A stretch of 64,000 nt of DNA. Source: Rhodosorus marinus CCMP1338. Its lineage: Eukaryota > Plantae > Rhodophyta. Positions within the stretch are counted from its first letter, which is position 1. Every line of letters starts with the position of its first letter. Shown here one piece after another: positions 11,787 to 22,059 of the stretch. The stretch is taken from NCBI GenBank assembly GCA_029953675.1, contig JAMWBK010000005.1, positions 434,001 through 498,000 of the forward strand, in the 5' to 3' direction. Below the pieces are notes generated by a model. The model was not told the DNA's origin, did no database searches, and saw nothing but the letters and a program-made list of their open reading frames with translations. The translations under genes were made by a program, and so were the position numbers.

Positions 11787-12376
11787 ATGACCGTTGGAAA
11801 GGGTTCGAATGTTTCCGCTGAAGGAGAGCCTGATGTTTGGTCTCTAGTCGGAGATACCGTTTCTGTAGAGCTAGAGAGCAATTCCATAGTTTCAGGAGTT
11901 CTTTATGCGAGAAATCCAGAAGACGGAACTCTGGTTTTGGTAACGGGAGGAGCTGAAGTCAGCGATGTCTTATTTATTCAGCAATCTTCCATTCGGAATC
12001 TTGCTAGGGCTGAGGAAGACGCGTCGAATCTTCAGGAAACGGTCCACGGCTGTGAGAATCTCGCGGAGCTCTTTCCAAATGTAGACACAAATGCAGACCG
12101 AGAGGATGACCTACAAAGTGCAAACGCGCGGTTTGAACAGATTCACAAATGGCTTTCTTCGGTACGTATAACCAAGCCTTGTCAGCGTGTTCTGGTTGCT
12201 AAATAAGCTCCAATTTTTTTCATCGACAGCAAAAGATCCCGTTTGAAGTTGTAGACAAGACGTTCAAAGTTCTCGGAAGCACGCGAGTAACGTTCCCATA
12301 CAAGGAAAGAGATTGTATGGGACCTAATGAAACAGTGGTAATGAACCTGAGGACGTATCTCCAGCAACTACCGTGA
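11787..12376 (+). CDS. Gemin6-like protein (Sm-like fold plus AD domain), 2 exons
   Basis: N-terminal Sm-like region (VSVELESNSIVSGVLYARNPEDGTLVL). After an intron: KWLSS|QKIPFEVVDKTFKVLGSTRVTFPYKERDCMGPNETVVMNLRTYL, which matches the Gemin6 C-terminal pattern KWL..IP...V.G...PY...C...NE. Confidence 0.7.
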
Positions 12377-12866
12377 CCTCGAGACTCGACATGCTCAAAA
12401 TGGTAAACCTGGACTAGATCACGCTCTGACAATGCTTGATGGACTGCAGGTCTTTTTCTCACGCGCATCGATGTTGAACCTGAGTAGTGGACCTCCAAGA
12501 AGCACTGCAAGAACTTCAATACTCATAGAGCTGCAAATCACCCCTTTTTTGGCCTGTGGAACTTGCCAAACCTGTTCGTGCAATGCGGCGGTTGAGTTCT
12601 AACCATATCCTTCCGGTGCTTTTCTGACAGAGCTGAAGAAGAGCAAGATGTTCTTCGATCCCGTTACCCAGCAGCATTTGTTGATTCAAGCATCTTGCGC
12701 TCTTGAAACGATGACGGGGGAAACGTAGGATGGACTCGACCGTGGTTTTCATCAGCTTCTTCCTCTAGGCCGCTCAGAAAAGGTTCATGCATGGTCTGGT
12801 CTTCCCAAACTTTATATAACTGGAGGCCTAGAGCAGTAAACTTTCAACCTCATATCGGTCTGCTCT

Positions 12867-13380
12867 TCACACGCTCACAAGCGCAATCTTGAAAAAGCGT
12901 CCGACCGTAAAAGCTAAGAAAACGGCTTTAATGGAATCAAAAGTGGTCCCTGGGCGATCTAATCTTCGTTCCACCCGTTCTGAGCATTCTTTCGAAGTCA
13001 GTCTCAGAGCTGGCTGGACCTTGAGATTTTGATGGGCCCATTTTCTCCTCATTGACGCACTTCTTTCCCTCCTCCTTCTCTTCCATACATATTTTCGACT
13101 TCACATCACCTTTCTTGGCTTGATCTCCTCCTCCAAACATGGGACGCTCGCCTGGTCCACCATTCTCAACACTAGGGGCTGCAGAAACGAAGTAACTCGC
13201 TCCTCGTGCATCCCATAGCTCTCCGGATTCGACCAAGCTCACGGAAGCCCCGAGATGGAAGGCAACTAGTGCACCCGCAGCACAACATCGACCAACATGG
13301 TACAACTGGAGATTCCTGCTTGAACATGTTCTATTAGAATGTCTAGAATCAGAAACGAAGACAGAGTTCAAGAACGCCAT
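12867..13380 (-). CDS. hypothetical, possibly plastid-targeted protein
   Basis: MAFLNSVFVS start resembles a red-algal transit peptide and is followed by a hydrophobic segment. 3' exon structure unresolved. Confidence 0.35.
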
Positions 13381-14493
13381 GCTTTTGGACCGTCAAGCTG
13401 TCGCATCTAAGCTTTCTCCCTCCGAGACCACAGTCAGCTCCACTCTGTGACTGCACGAAAGCTCGATCAAGACTCTACCAAGTATCCACAACTACTATGA
13501 GAATGGAGATGCTTGATGTCCTCGCTCTGATTGTATCTCAAGGAGAACTGAAAGTGGTCTTTGATGTCGTCGCAGTAATCTTCCGACGGGCAAGTTGAAG
13601 GCTCTGCGAATCAAGGGAAGCTTATGAAGAAGGCCCATCTGCTGAGACGGTTGACAAACGCCATCAGACCCTTCTTCATAGCTTTGATCATGAAGGGGAG
13701 GGGAACAGAGCCGTGAGAAGTAGGGTTTCCCCCTTGTGCATCGTCGTAGGCTTCAAGAAGCTCCCGCTAAACTCAGAACAGCATGAAACCAGCAACGGGT
13801 GTGTAACGGACGATCTTCAATGGATAAAATCATTTGACTGCCCAATGGCTTGGTCCATGGTGGCTAACGGCAGCCAGAGCTCGAACAAGCATGAATATAC
13901 GCAGACTCATTCATGTAGTCGTCAAACGACAACTATAGACATGGGGTTCCTTCTCAGTTTCTACTTTTTTTACGAAGGGCTCAGTTCGGAAGCATTTCGC
14001 TTCCGAAGGAGGAGACAGGAACTCCATGGAGAACCGGGAAGACCCAGTAGTGCGGAACCTTCCACAGTTGCTGTTTAGCACACGCGATCAGAAGTCATAG
14101 CCAGACAGGATCCTCGTAATAGTATAGAAGATCTATCTCCTTATCCATTGATCGCAAGGCTGGTCAGCCCACCTCTGGCAATGGGAGGTTCGTCGAATCC
14201 CGTGGCCTCAGGCAGTCCCTCTCCACCAGGGGCCTTCATTGGACGGAGCAAGTCTGATTCAGTCGATATCAGAAAGTCAATCATCCATCCGCAGAAACTT
14301 CTTCCGTTCAAAGTAATAGGAGAACCTTCATCATGACAAGCTACGCAGGGCTGTTGCCTTCGGGAACATGTCATGCCCCCTCACCCTAGCGGTTACGAAG
14401 TTCTTGGCAGAGACCCTCCTCAGCACGGTTCTTAGCTTCCACGGGCATTCTTCTCAGAGCCATGCTCTATCGGTGTAGAGATGAAACTTCTCA

Positions 14494-15486
14494 TTATCTC
14501 CTGGACATAATTTCTTGAATGCTGGAACCGGTTCTGAATGCGTGAGCAAGCTTCAATACCAGCTCGACGTCCACATTGTTAGTTGAATATCTTAGAAGTG
14601 TCTGTGCAGCTGTGTTGAAGTCGGCTCCCAGAAGCTTATCACGAACAGCGACCACCATGGAGGAGCATATGGAACGAATCCACGGCATTCGAGGATGAAC
14701 GGATAGAATCGAATCCCACAGAATCAAAGTCTGTTGCAGACTGAACTCTTGTGTGAGCCAAAGTCGAATCCACCTTGTCCCGTAGAGCTGCGGTCGTATT
14801 GACAAGGAGGTGAGATGTCTATGCAGCTCTGGATCACGAAGTCTTAGGGTGTCATCGAGAAGATCCAGCTCCTTGTGAAGTGCTTCTAAGGATGGAGTAT
14901 AGTACGGTGACATCTCCTTCATCACCGTGGCAAGTGAGTGATAAGCATCTGCTTCTGCATCGATGGACTTGATCCCAGGCACTTCAGAGTAGATGTAGAT
15001 TAAAGGTGCGAGGAGCTCATTCATGCCCTGTCGGTAGCCAATCTCCTGATGCTGTAAGGAGTATGCCAAAAGGATTCTGTGCATGGGACCCTCCAGTCTG
15101 CGGAATTCCGAACTCGTCGGATGTGTTCTCTTGACGTCGAGATCGATTAACTTCTCCGATTCTCTCACAATGAAAAAATGCGCCCAGTGTGAGTCCTGCT
15201 TGAGACTCAGGGGATGATCCCCATCGGGAGCGCTATCCGCCGGATGTTTCGCAATCTCCCTCACAATTTCCGCGTACTGAGTTCTCCACTCCGACAACGT
15301 CTTTTCCCAGAGACTTTTATCCTGAGGTAAACATGACAGTAGCAACTGCCACAGAAGAGCCCTCGACCTAACATTCTCCGGCGTCGATCCAGCCCAAACC
15401 TGAACCCTCAGCTCCTGACAATCCACAACCGCATTGTTGTCGATCAACTCGGTTATGGACTCTGGTCCATTCTCCTTCTCTCTCAT
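14494..15486 (-). CDS. TBC-domain Rab GTPase-activating protein (TBC1D13-like)
   Basis: IDLDVKRT (IxxDxxR arginine finger), GYRQGMNELLAP (YxQ glutamine finger), EADAY, RWIRLWLTQEF and LWDSIL. Confidence 0.93.
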   Translation of the reverse strand: MREKENGPESITELIDNNAVVDCQELRVQVWAGSTPENVRSRALLWQLLLSCLPQDKSLWEKTLSEWRTQYAEIVREIAKHPADSAPDGDHPLSLKQDSHWAHFFIVRESEKLIDLDVKRTHPTSSEFRRLEGPMHRILLAYSLQHQEIGYRQGMNELLAPLIYIYSEVPGIKSIDAEADAYHSLATVMKEMSPYYTPSLEALHKELDLLDDTLRLRDPELHRHLTSLSIRPQLYGTRWIRLWLTQEFSLQQTLILWDSILSVHPRMPWIRSICSSMVVAVRDKLLGADFNTAAQTLLRYSTNNVDVELVLKLAHAFRTGSSIQEIMSRR

Positions 15487-16309
15487 CACGAATCAATACT
15501 GCAGATTTTCATTCCCTTAATGGATGCTAATAATTATACCATCTCGCATCCAGCTGCTCGGAGGCTGTTCCACTACCACTCCAACCTCCATCCCCATCAA
15601 CGCTCCGACCGTAAGTTTCCCTTTGTTACTGTCCCATACCTTAACGATTTGGAGTGGGACAGTGTTCGATCTATACCTCTGGAAAAAAAGTTGCTGAGGT
15701 TGCCTAGCGCTGTCGGTCTCCGTCCGTTCTGGGATAACGGACTGGTTAGCTATGGTTCCGGAATGACTGGAATGGCAGTATTGGACTACACTCTTGCTTT
15801 GGCGTAGTTTGAACGGGCTGACTGAAGACGAAGATCAGCAGACTTTTTTTTATCGTCATTGCTTCTAAATTTGAGTCTTTAGAAGTCCACACATCGCTGG
15901 TGTTAGTTGGCGATAGGTTATCGTGAACACCACTTTCGTTATGAGCCAGGGGAAATTTGGGCTTGATGATATCCACTATGAAATAAGCTGATGAGAGCAC
16001 TTCGAAATGAGCATGTGGAGGTACCTACTTAGGTGGAAAGAAACGGTGATCTGTGCAAGGTACTCATTTCGTGTACGATACGTAGTGCAGTGCACGGCTT
16101 GCATTGCTGGTGGCCTATGTTAGTGCTCGGTTCAAGGGTCGGCCTCGGGCGCTTCAAATATGGAACGGCCATGGACCGATTTCTGATTCAAACGACTTGC
16201 TCAGTAGTTTCCCAGCTTCACGTTCGTTGATAAATGTCAGTCAGTTTATTTCCTCAACGACTTCGCGCCCGGAAGCCTTCGATCCCTCTTATTCTACGAT
16301 TTTTGAACA

Positions 16310-17621
16310 CTAGAGATCCTCGTGTTCTTCTTCGTCTGGATCTTGCACGGGAGGAGGTTGAGGAGTTTCTTGCTTTGGAGTAGGACGTGGTGTAGGGCGA
16401 CCAGGTGGAAAAGGCTTTGGTTGCACTTTGCCCTCGTCCCAACCCGGAAAGTCGTACATATCCTTCCACTCTTTCAACCAATAGTATCTTTCCCCGACGT
16501 GCCGATATCTGTTCGGTATCGAAATGGCTCCGAGGGGTTCTTCAAGCTTCAGTCGGTGTTCGGATTCCGGAGGGCAGTCCCGGTTCGGCAATTCGCGTAA
16601 ATCGCACAATCCGGAGTAATATGTTAGCACGTACTTTGAATAAAGAAAGCCCCTGGCGTAGGATGCATCCGGAGCAAGCGACAGAGCGTCGTACTGCCGC
16701 ATAAGCGCAGTCGCTCCTTCTACGCCTGCCTCGTAAAGCTTTCCAGCCATGTGCAGTAGAAAATCGCCTGGTCGGTACTCTTCGGTATAAACGTTCATTG
16801 CCCATTTGGGTACGTATTTCACGTGTTTCTTTGCTTCCTCCTCTCCCAACTCATCGATGTAATTCTGGAAAGAACTTTGATCGAGTGCTCTAGCCTAGGG
16901 GGTACGTTTCCACCGAAGGCTTAGAACGCAGTACATGAAAAGGATCCATATTTAAAACATACCTTGTCGAATTCCTTATCGTCGTAAACACGCTTCAGGA
17001 ACGATAACGTCCATTGATTGCATTTAAGCAGCATCATTCCAGCGTTCATCATCAGCCAATCCTTGGTAGTTATTATATCATATCTGTCGTCGATTAGGTG
17101 CTCCTCAAGTTTCAGTGTCTGATTCATTACCAGGGCATCCGCATCCATCCAAAGCAGCCAGTAGTTCTTAAAAAAAAGAAGGAAAACGCAACGAGCTCGC
17201 GATTGAGTGAAGGCTGCAGTAGGCTGCCTCAAGATTTTCGCGATCTTACCTCTCTCCCAACGCATGCATGCTGAGCAAGCTTAATTTTTCCAAAAGTGGC
17301 TGCCCTCCTGTCATTCTTGTAACCGAAATTATTGGGAACATAACACAACCCATCGTGGCGCAGTGGAACATACCCCGGTTCGTCACAGGAGATTTCGCTC
17401 CATAATCCCTGCGTCCCTTCGGGAATATGCTGCACAAGCTCGTATCCATGCTTAATCGCATACCTTCTCTTATTCTTCAATGAAATCATTCCATATTCCT
17501 GAAAGGTCGGAGCACCGTCGTGCATATGAAGCAGACACACGGGGACCTTTCCGAGCTGTGTTAGTTCATCAGCATATGCTCCGGAAAGCAAAGCTAATAT
17601 CAAGAAACCTATCGTAAACAT
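16310..17621 (-). CDS. glycosyltransferase family 34 (GMA12/MNN10-like), 3 exons
   Basis: KNKRRYAIKHGYE, FGKIKL, YWLLWMDADALVMN (DxD), NAGMMLLK..W, ARALDQSSF and GDFLLHMAG. N-terminal signal peptide; Pro-rich tail ending HEDL. Confidence 0.9.
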
Positions 17622-18439
17622 CTTCTATTTCACCTTTCCAAAACTCGCAAATCCTTACACTACATCATTCACCCGACTGCTTCCCACCCCTTCCCAGATC
17701 GTCCTCTACACACGAGCCAACAACTTGGGATGTTTGATCAATAGTTTTCCTCCATCATTCCCACACCAAAAAAAAATTCTAAAAGAACAGAATAACTATC
17801 ATAATTAAGATCTACACCTTGATATTCAAAAATAAATTAACCCCGTATAGTCTATATTTAGAACAATACGAAATCTGTTACAGGGGAGTCCTAGAGACAC
17901 AAAAGTAGGAAAGCGTCTTTTTAAGCGCCTGGAGTAGATTTCCCGTCGATGGATGAAATACAGAAAATTAAGAAGGACTACACCATCCACGATAATTCTC
18001 AGGGGGGTACCAGATTGATTCCTTCGATCTCGGTTTGAGAAATTGTTTTATGAATTCTAATCTTGATGTATTTTGGATATTTGAATCAGCCCCCTGGTTA
18101 AGGAGCTAAAAATACATATCGAAGTGCAAAAAAAGTTTGTCCACTAATCTAATATTCTTGTATTATTCAATATATATGTGAATATGTATTATTGTACAAA
18201 TTGAAGCCCATAGCATAGCGAGCCAATGAAAACCATCTAGATTGGAACAGTCTTTGGAGTGCCAGCGCGACCCCGTCTAAGAGCTTTGCTAAGAACTGTT
18301 CGAGGGTAGACCCTAGGTCGCTGAAGAGCGTAGACAGTAAACAGAAAGATAGGTTCAATCGAAGGCTAAGATCCCCGAATAAGCTACGCGTCAAGGGCGC
18401 AGACAGCGCGCCTCCAGAGCTAAGAGCACATGAAACAAG

Positions 18440-18920
18440 TATAGCTATGGCCCTTCCTTCATCGAGTCCTTAGGGGACCGATGCGAATATCAAGTCTTAT
18501 CGTTGGATTTAATCGTTAGCCTACCTCTAGCTACGGAAGGCTATGACTCCGTTTTGGACATCGGACTCACGAAAGATGCATGGTTTATCCCGACGAGAAC
18601 GTCTCGACCGCTACCGGCCGAAAAAGTTGCCCCCCCGTTCTTGAACCAGTGTGTCCATTTTGCGGGAGTTCCCCTCAACTTTGTATCAGATCGAGAACCC
18701 AGATTGCACACGAGTAAACGCCGTGAACAGATGTCTTCTCATCCGCGACAAGCATCTCGTCAACCCATCAAACAATTCTTCCCGACTCTCGGAATTTGCT
18801 TCCTGTCCACTTAATAAATTGCTTTCCCTGTTGCCTTTCCGACAATCAAAAGGTACGTCACCTGGCGTTCCCGAGTCATCCCTGACCTCAGTACTCTCCA
18901 GGCCCGTTCGAGCTTAACTT
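18440..18920 (+). mobile_element. decayed Ty3/Gypsy integrase relic
   Basis: SLDLIVSLPLATEGYDSV...LTKDAWFIPT...EKVA..F...GVPLNFVSDREPRL...SSHP parallels the Gypsy integrase pattern (MDF..LP..GYD..D.LTK..HFIP, G.P..IVSDRD.RF, AYHPQ). Contains stops and frameshifts. Confidence 0.75.
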
Positions 18921-20145
18921 CCGAATTTGAGATAGGATCGGGTGCGTGTTCGAGAGGTATGAACGTATCTCCAAGCTTAGCGTTCTAAACAAGAATTTAA
19001 AGCTCGCTTCGTACCCCGTTTAATGTCCCATTGGATTCGTCGACAGCTGTTGAACCCAAGCAAACTATTACCATTTAATTGCTCTCAGAAACTACCGAAA
19101 TACAAGGATCAATTTTCGGGCTGTTCCGGGGAGGCCGGCGGGGAACTGCTTTCATCCATTTTCGTCGTTTTGTTACCTAGTTTTCTTTTGCTTAAAGGTT
19201 TTTGTACGCTTCTAATACGGTGTACACTTTTTACACTTTTTCTTCTTTATGTGGTGCCCTTTCGGCTGGGAGTGCCGCCCACTGATGTAAAAGCGGGGAT
19301 TCGATCCCACGACTTCAGATAAGAAAATGACTTTTAAGCATGCTCATGGTCGATCCCTGTTTGGAAGCTTTCCTAGCCATCTGCGTGCTCGATGTGACCG
19401 GGGAGAGGGCGCGATGAACGAGCAAATACAGGGCACAAGGGAGGAAGATGCGGAAAGCACATGATCCCTCGTGAAGGCGACTCTGCAAGCAAGAACTCAA
19501 CGATGCCGAGAATTGTAGATCGGGCGGCGACTAGCAATAGATCGCTTTGATTGCGAAACTCCAACTTTATCTATCTTGGCGGATAGCCAAGATTCACGTC
19601 ATTCAACAGCTCACCTCTTCAGTCAACAAATCAAAAATGACTACATATCAGTCCATTTCACCACCCGAAGAAGTCTTATTTATTCTTAAAAAATGTGAAC
19701 GTGTGGCCGGAGTTATGAAAATTTCTGAAATGTGTGAGCTGCCGTTTTTTCTTTTTCTCTAGAAAAAGCCTACGTTTTTGAACTTGAAATTTTCAAAGTC
19801 CTAACACATTTTACTCCTATTTTTACGCCCCGTATGGAAGATCTAAAGTTCAGTCAAGTAATTTCTGGAAGTTATCTTTTTTAAATATATTGTATTCATG
19901 AATTGGGCTGGGAGGGGTTAAAAGTTTTTTTTCGGCATATTGCTCAGGACTTTGGCGTTAGGAGTGCGATAGGGTTGGGGGGATGGATTGGTGAATTGTA
20001 GTAGTCGATGACGTTGTAGCCATTCCAACGGAGAGGTAAGGGTCTTGTTGCTGGTGGTAGGACATTAGGAGCGGTGGTTCGGATTGAATTCTGCTCAGGA
20101 GGAGGGTGAGTGAACTTCCCCAACCGACGAGAGTTCGGGAACGAA

Positions 20146-21207
20146 ATGGTTTTGAAGGACATGAGGACGGTAGAGCGGTTGAGCACCAGTCCTGTATCGA
20201 TGGAGGACCATCAGTACAGGAAGGAGTTTGGGAGACGGAAAGCAAAGTCCATGGTAGTTGATAATGATGTTGCTTCGATATTATCTGCCCTTAGTGAAGA
20301 GGACCTCCGAAATTCGGACGATGTGTATCCGAAGAAGCGATTTGAGGATCGGACACGCCAAACTAGCCGGAGAATGAGCGTTCGCGGTTATAGGAACTCG
20401 GCGGATACACAGGCAGCGGTTGCTCCAAAAGTTCAAGGGTACATGATGGGGGAATGTGAGACGTACTGCGGGGAGGAAGGAGCGTTTATTGACGAAGAAG
20501 AGTCAGAGGGTTCAAGCAGGAAGAGCCTTCTGGATATGCTCAAAATACGAAAACGCAATCGTTACAGATCGGTAACAACCGTTCCGGAGGAGCTCTTCAC
20601 AGACTATTCAACGCAAGCCATATTTGATTGCGCTAGATGCGTGCGTGTTCACAACGGCAACAGTATCCTCGTCGAAGTTGTTCCCAATTTCCTTCCACGT
20701 GAAGTATTCGAGACAAACAAGGCGTACCTCCTGGCCAGCCAGCAGAATGCTGCGGTGTCTATGAAGAAATGCCTTCAAGATATGATGCAACACAACTACT
20801 ACCCTACCTCGAATGGTTGTGCTGCAAGATTGATAACTGTTAGGCTTCGCGGATTACTGACTCCTAGTCCGGGGGAGAAACACCACCAGGAAGTCACAAG
20901 ATTGTTGAAAGCGCTCGTCGAGAATCAAAAGGTTCAGGTTCTTGTCTATTTCAAGGACCGCTTCAGTCGTGCCGTGGCCGATGTCGTGCTGGAGGACGAA
21001 ACGTCGGTTTCCCATACAATGTTGAGAGCTGGCATGGCTTGGTACACGGCGCGGTACGACCGCGGGTTCGACCTCTTGGAGATAGAAAGGGAGGCTAGGA
21101 GGGCTAAAGTTGGTATCTGGGCACAGCGCGGTCCCTTCAAGCTCTGGCCGTCAGCAAAACAGTCTACCGAACTACCCGTGCGGTTAGACCCTGATGCCGT
21201 TCTTTAA
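20146..21207 (+). CDS. staphylococcal nuclease-like (SNase) domain protein, catalytically degenerate
   Basis: C-terminal VRLRGLLTP...KDRFSRAVADV...MLRAGMAWY...EREARRAKVGIW matches the SNase fold. Low-complexity N-terminal half. Confidence 0.85.
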   Translation: MVLKDMRTVERLSTSPVSMEDHQYRKEFGRRKAKSMVVDNDVASILSALSEEDLRNSDDVYPKKRFEDRTRQTSRRMSVRGYRNSADTQAAVAPKVQGYMMGECETYCGEEGAFIDEEESEGSSRKSLLDMLKIRKRNRYRSVTTVPEELFTDYSTQAIFDCARCVRVHNGNSILVEVVPNFLPREVFETNKAYLLASQQNAAVSMKKCLQDMMQHNYYPTSNGCAARLITVRLRGLLTPSPGEKHHQEVTRLLKALVENQKVQVLVYFKDRFSRAVADVVLEDETSVSHTMLRAGMAWYTARYDRGFDLLEIEREARRAKVGIWAQRGPFKLWPSAKQSTELPVRLDPDAVL

Positions 21208-21546
21208 CCTATGTATAACTCGGCTGAGGGAAACCTCTGCCCACAACTACATGCGGAACTGAAGCTGCTCGGACATATCGTCCCTGCCGCATCGGGGTTA
21301 CCAAGCTAAGCTGCGAGAGCTCCTTGTGCGATCGACGAGTTGCATTTTACTAAGCTCGTCCCAAGAAGGACGAGTTCACCGCTTCACGCCCGTTTCGGTA
21401 GGTGACATTTCGCGTTTAATGGATGAGCCTCTAAATTATGTCTACAAATAGGTCATTTGAGCTACGGCGGGACAGCTAGTCACAAACAAAGCTTACGAAA
21501 CGAAACAAGCTAGTTGCAGACGCGTCAAGCAAACTAGCTCGCGTTC

Positions 21547-22059
21547 CTACCCCAGCGCCTTCATGTGTTCCTCAGGGAGATCGTCACTAGCTGAAATCAT
21601 CTTAAAGTATCCGACTGGAAAATCTCTAAGAATTAGCTTTCCTTCAAAGTTAATTAGTTCCTCATCCTTCGACATCGACATCTCTCCGTCGTAGGTACGT
21701 TTCACTTCATAATCACCCGTATCTTGCTCAAACGTTCTCGTCAACTTCATCATGAACCGATTATTCTTCGGGTCAAGATCCCACTCCCCAGACGCCAACT
21801 TGGGTATGGGACCAGTCGTGTTACCGCAGTCCACCGTCCCGTCACGATTCAAATAAAGCGCTGTCGTAGTCGAGTCCTTATCCTCCAACTCATCCAACTG
21901 ATAGGACTTGTTCCAGATACGTTCTCTATCCAGACTAGCCACAACCACAGTCACGCGGCCACCAATCTCCCTCGAAGACTTTACAAACCCACGCACCGCT
22001 CTCTCCGAGGATATCCGATTGCTCCTCCCAACACCTCCAAACCCAGAAACGAACGCCAT
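21547..22059 (-). CDS. plastid-targeted hypothetical protein (170 aa)
   Basis: Intronless ORF with MAFVSGFGG...RVTVVVA transit peptide and a beta-rich mature part. Confidence 0.8.
   Translation of the reverse strand: MAFVSGFGGVGRSNRISSERAVRGFVKSSREIGGRVTVVVASLDRERIWNKSYQLDELEDKDSTTTALYLNRDGTVDCGNTTGPIPKLASGEWDLDPKNNRFMMKLTRTFEQDTGDYEVKRTYDGEMSMSKDEELINFEGKLILRDFPVGYFKMISASDDLPEEHMKALG

Noticed and set aside
13400-14460. Protein-like ORF fragments on the minus strand between the TBC gene and the 13380 ORF
   Set aside because: Could not be spliced into a coherent reading frame or matched to a family.
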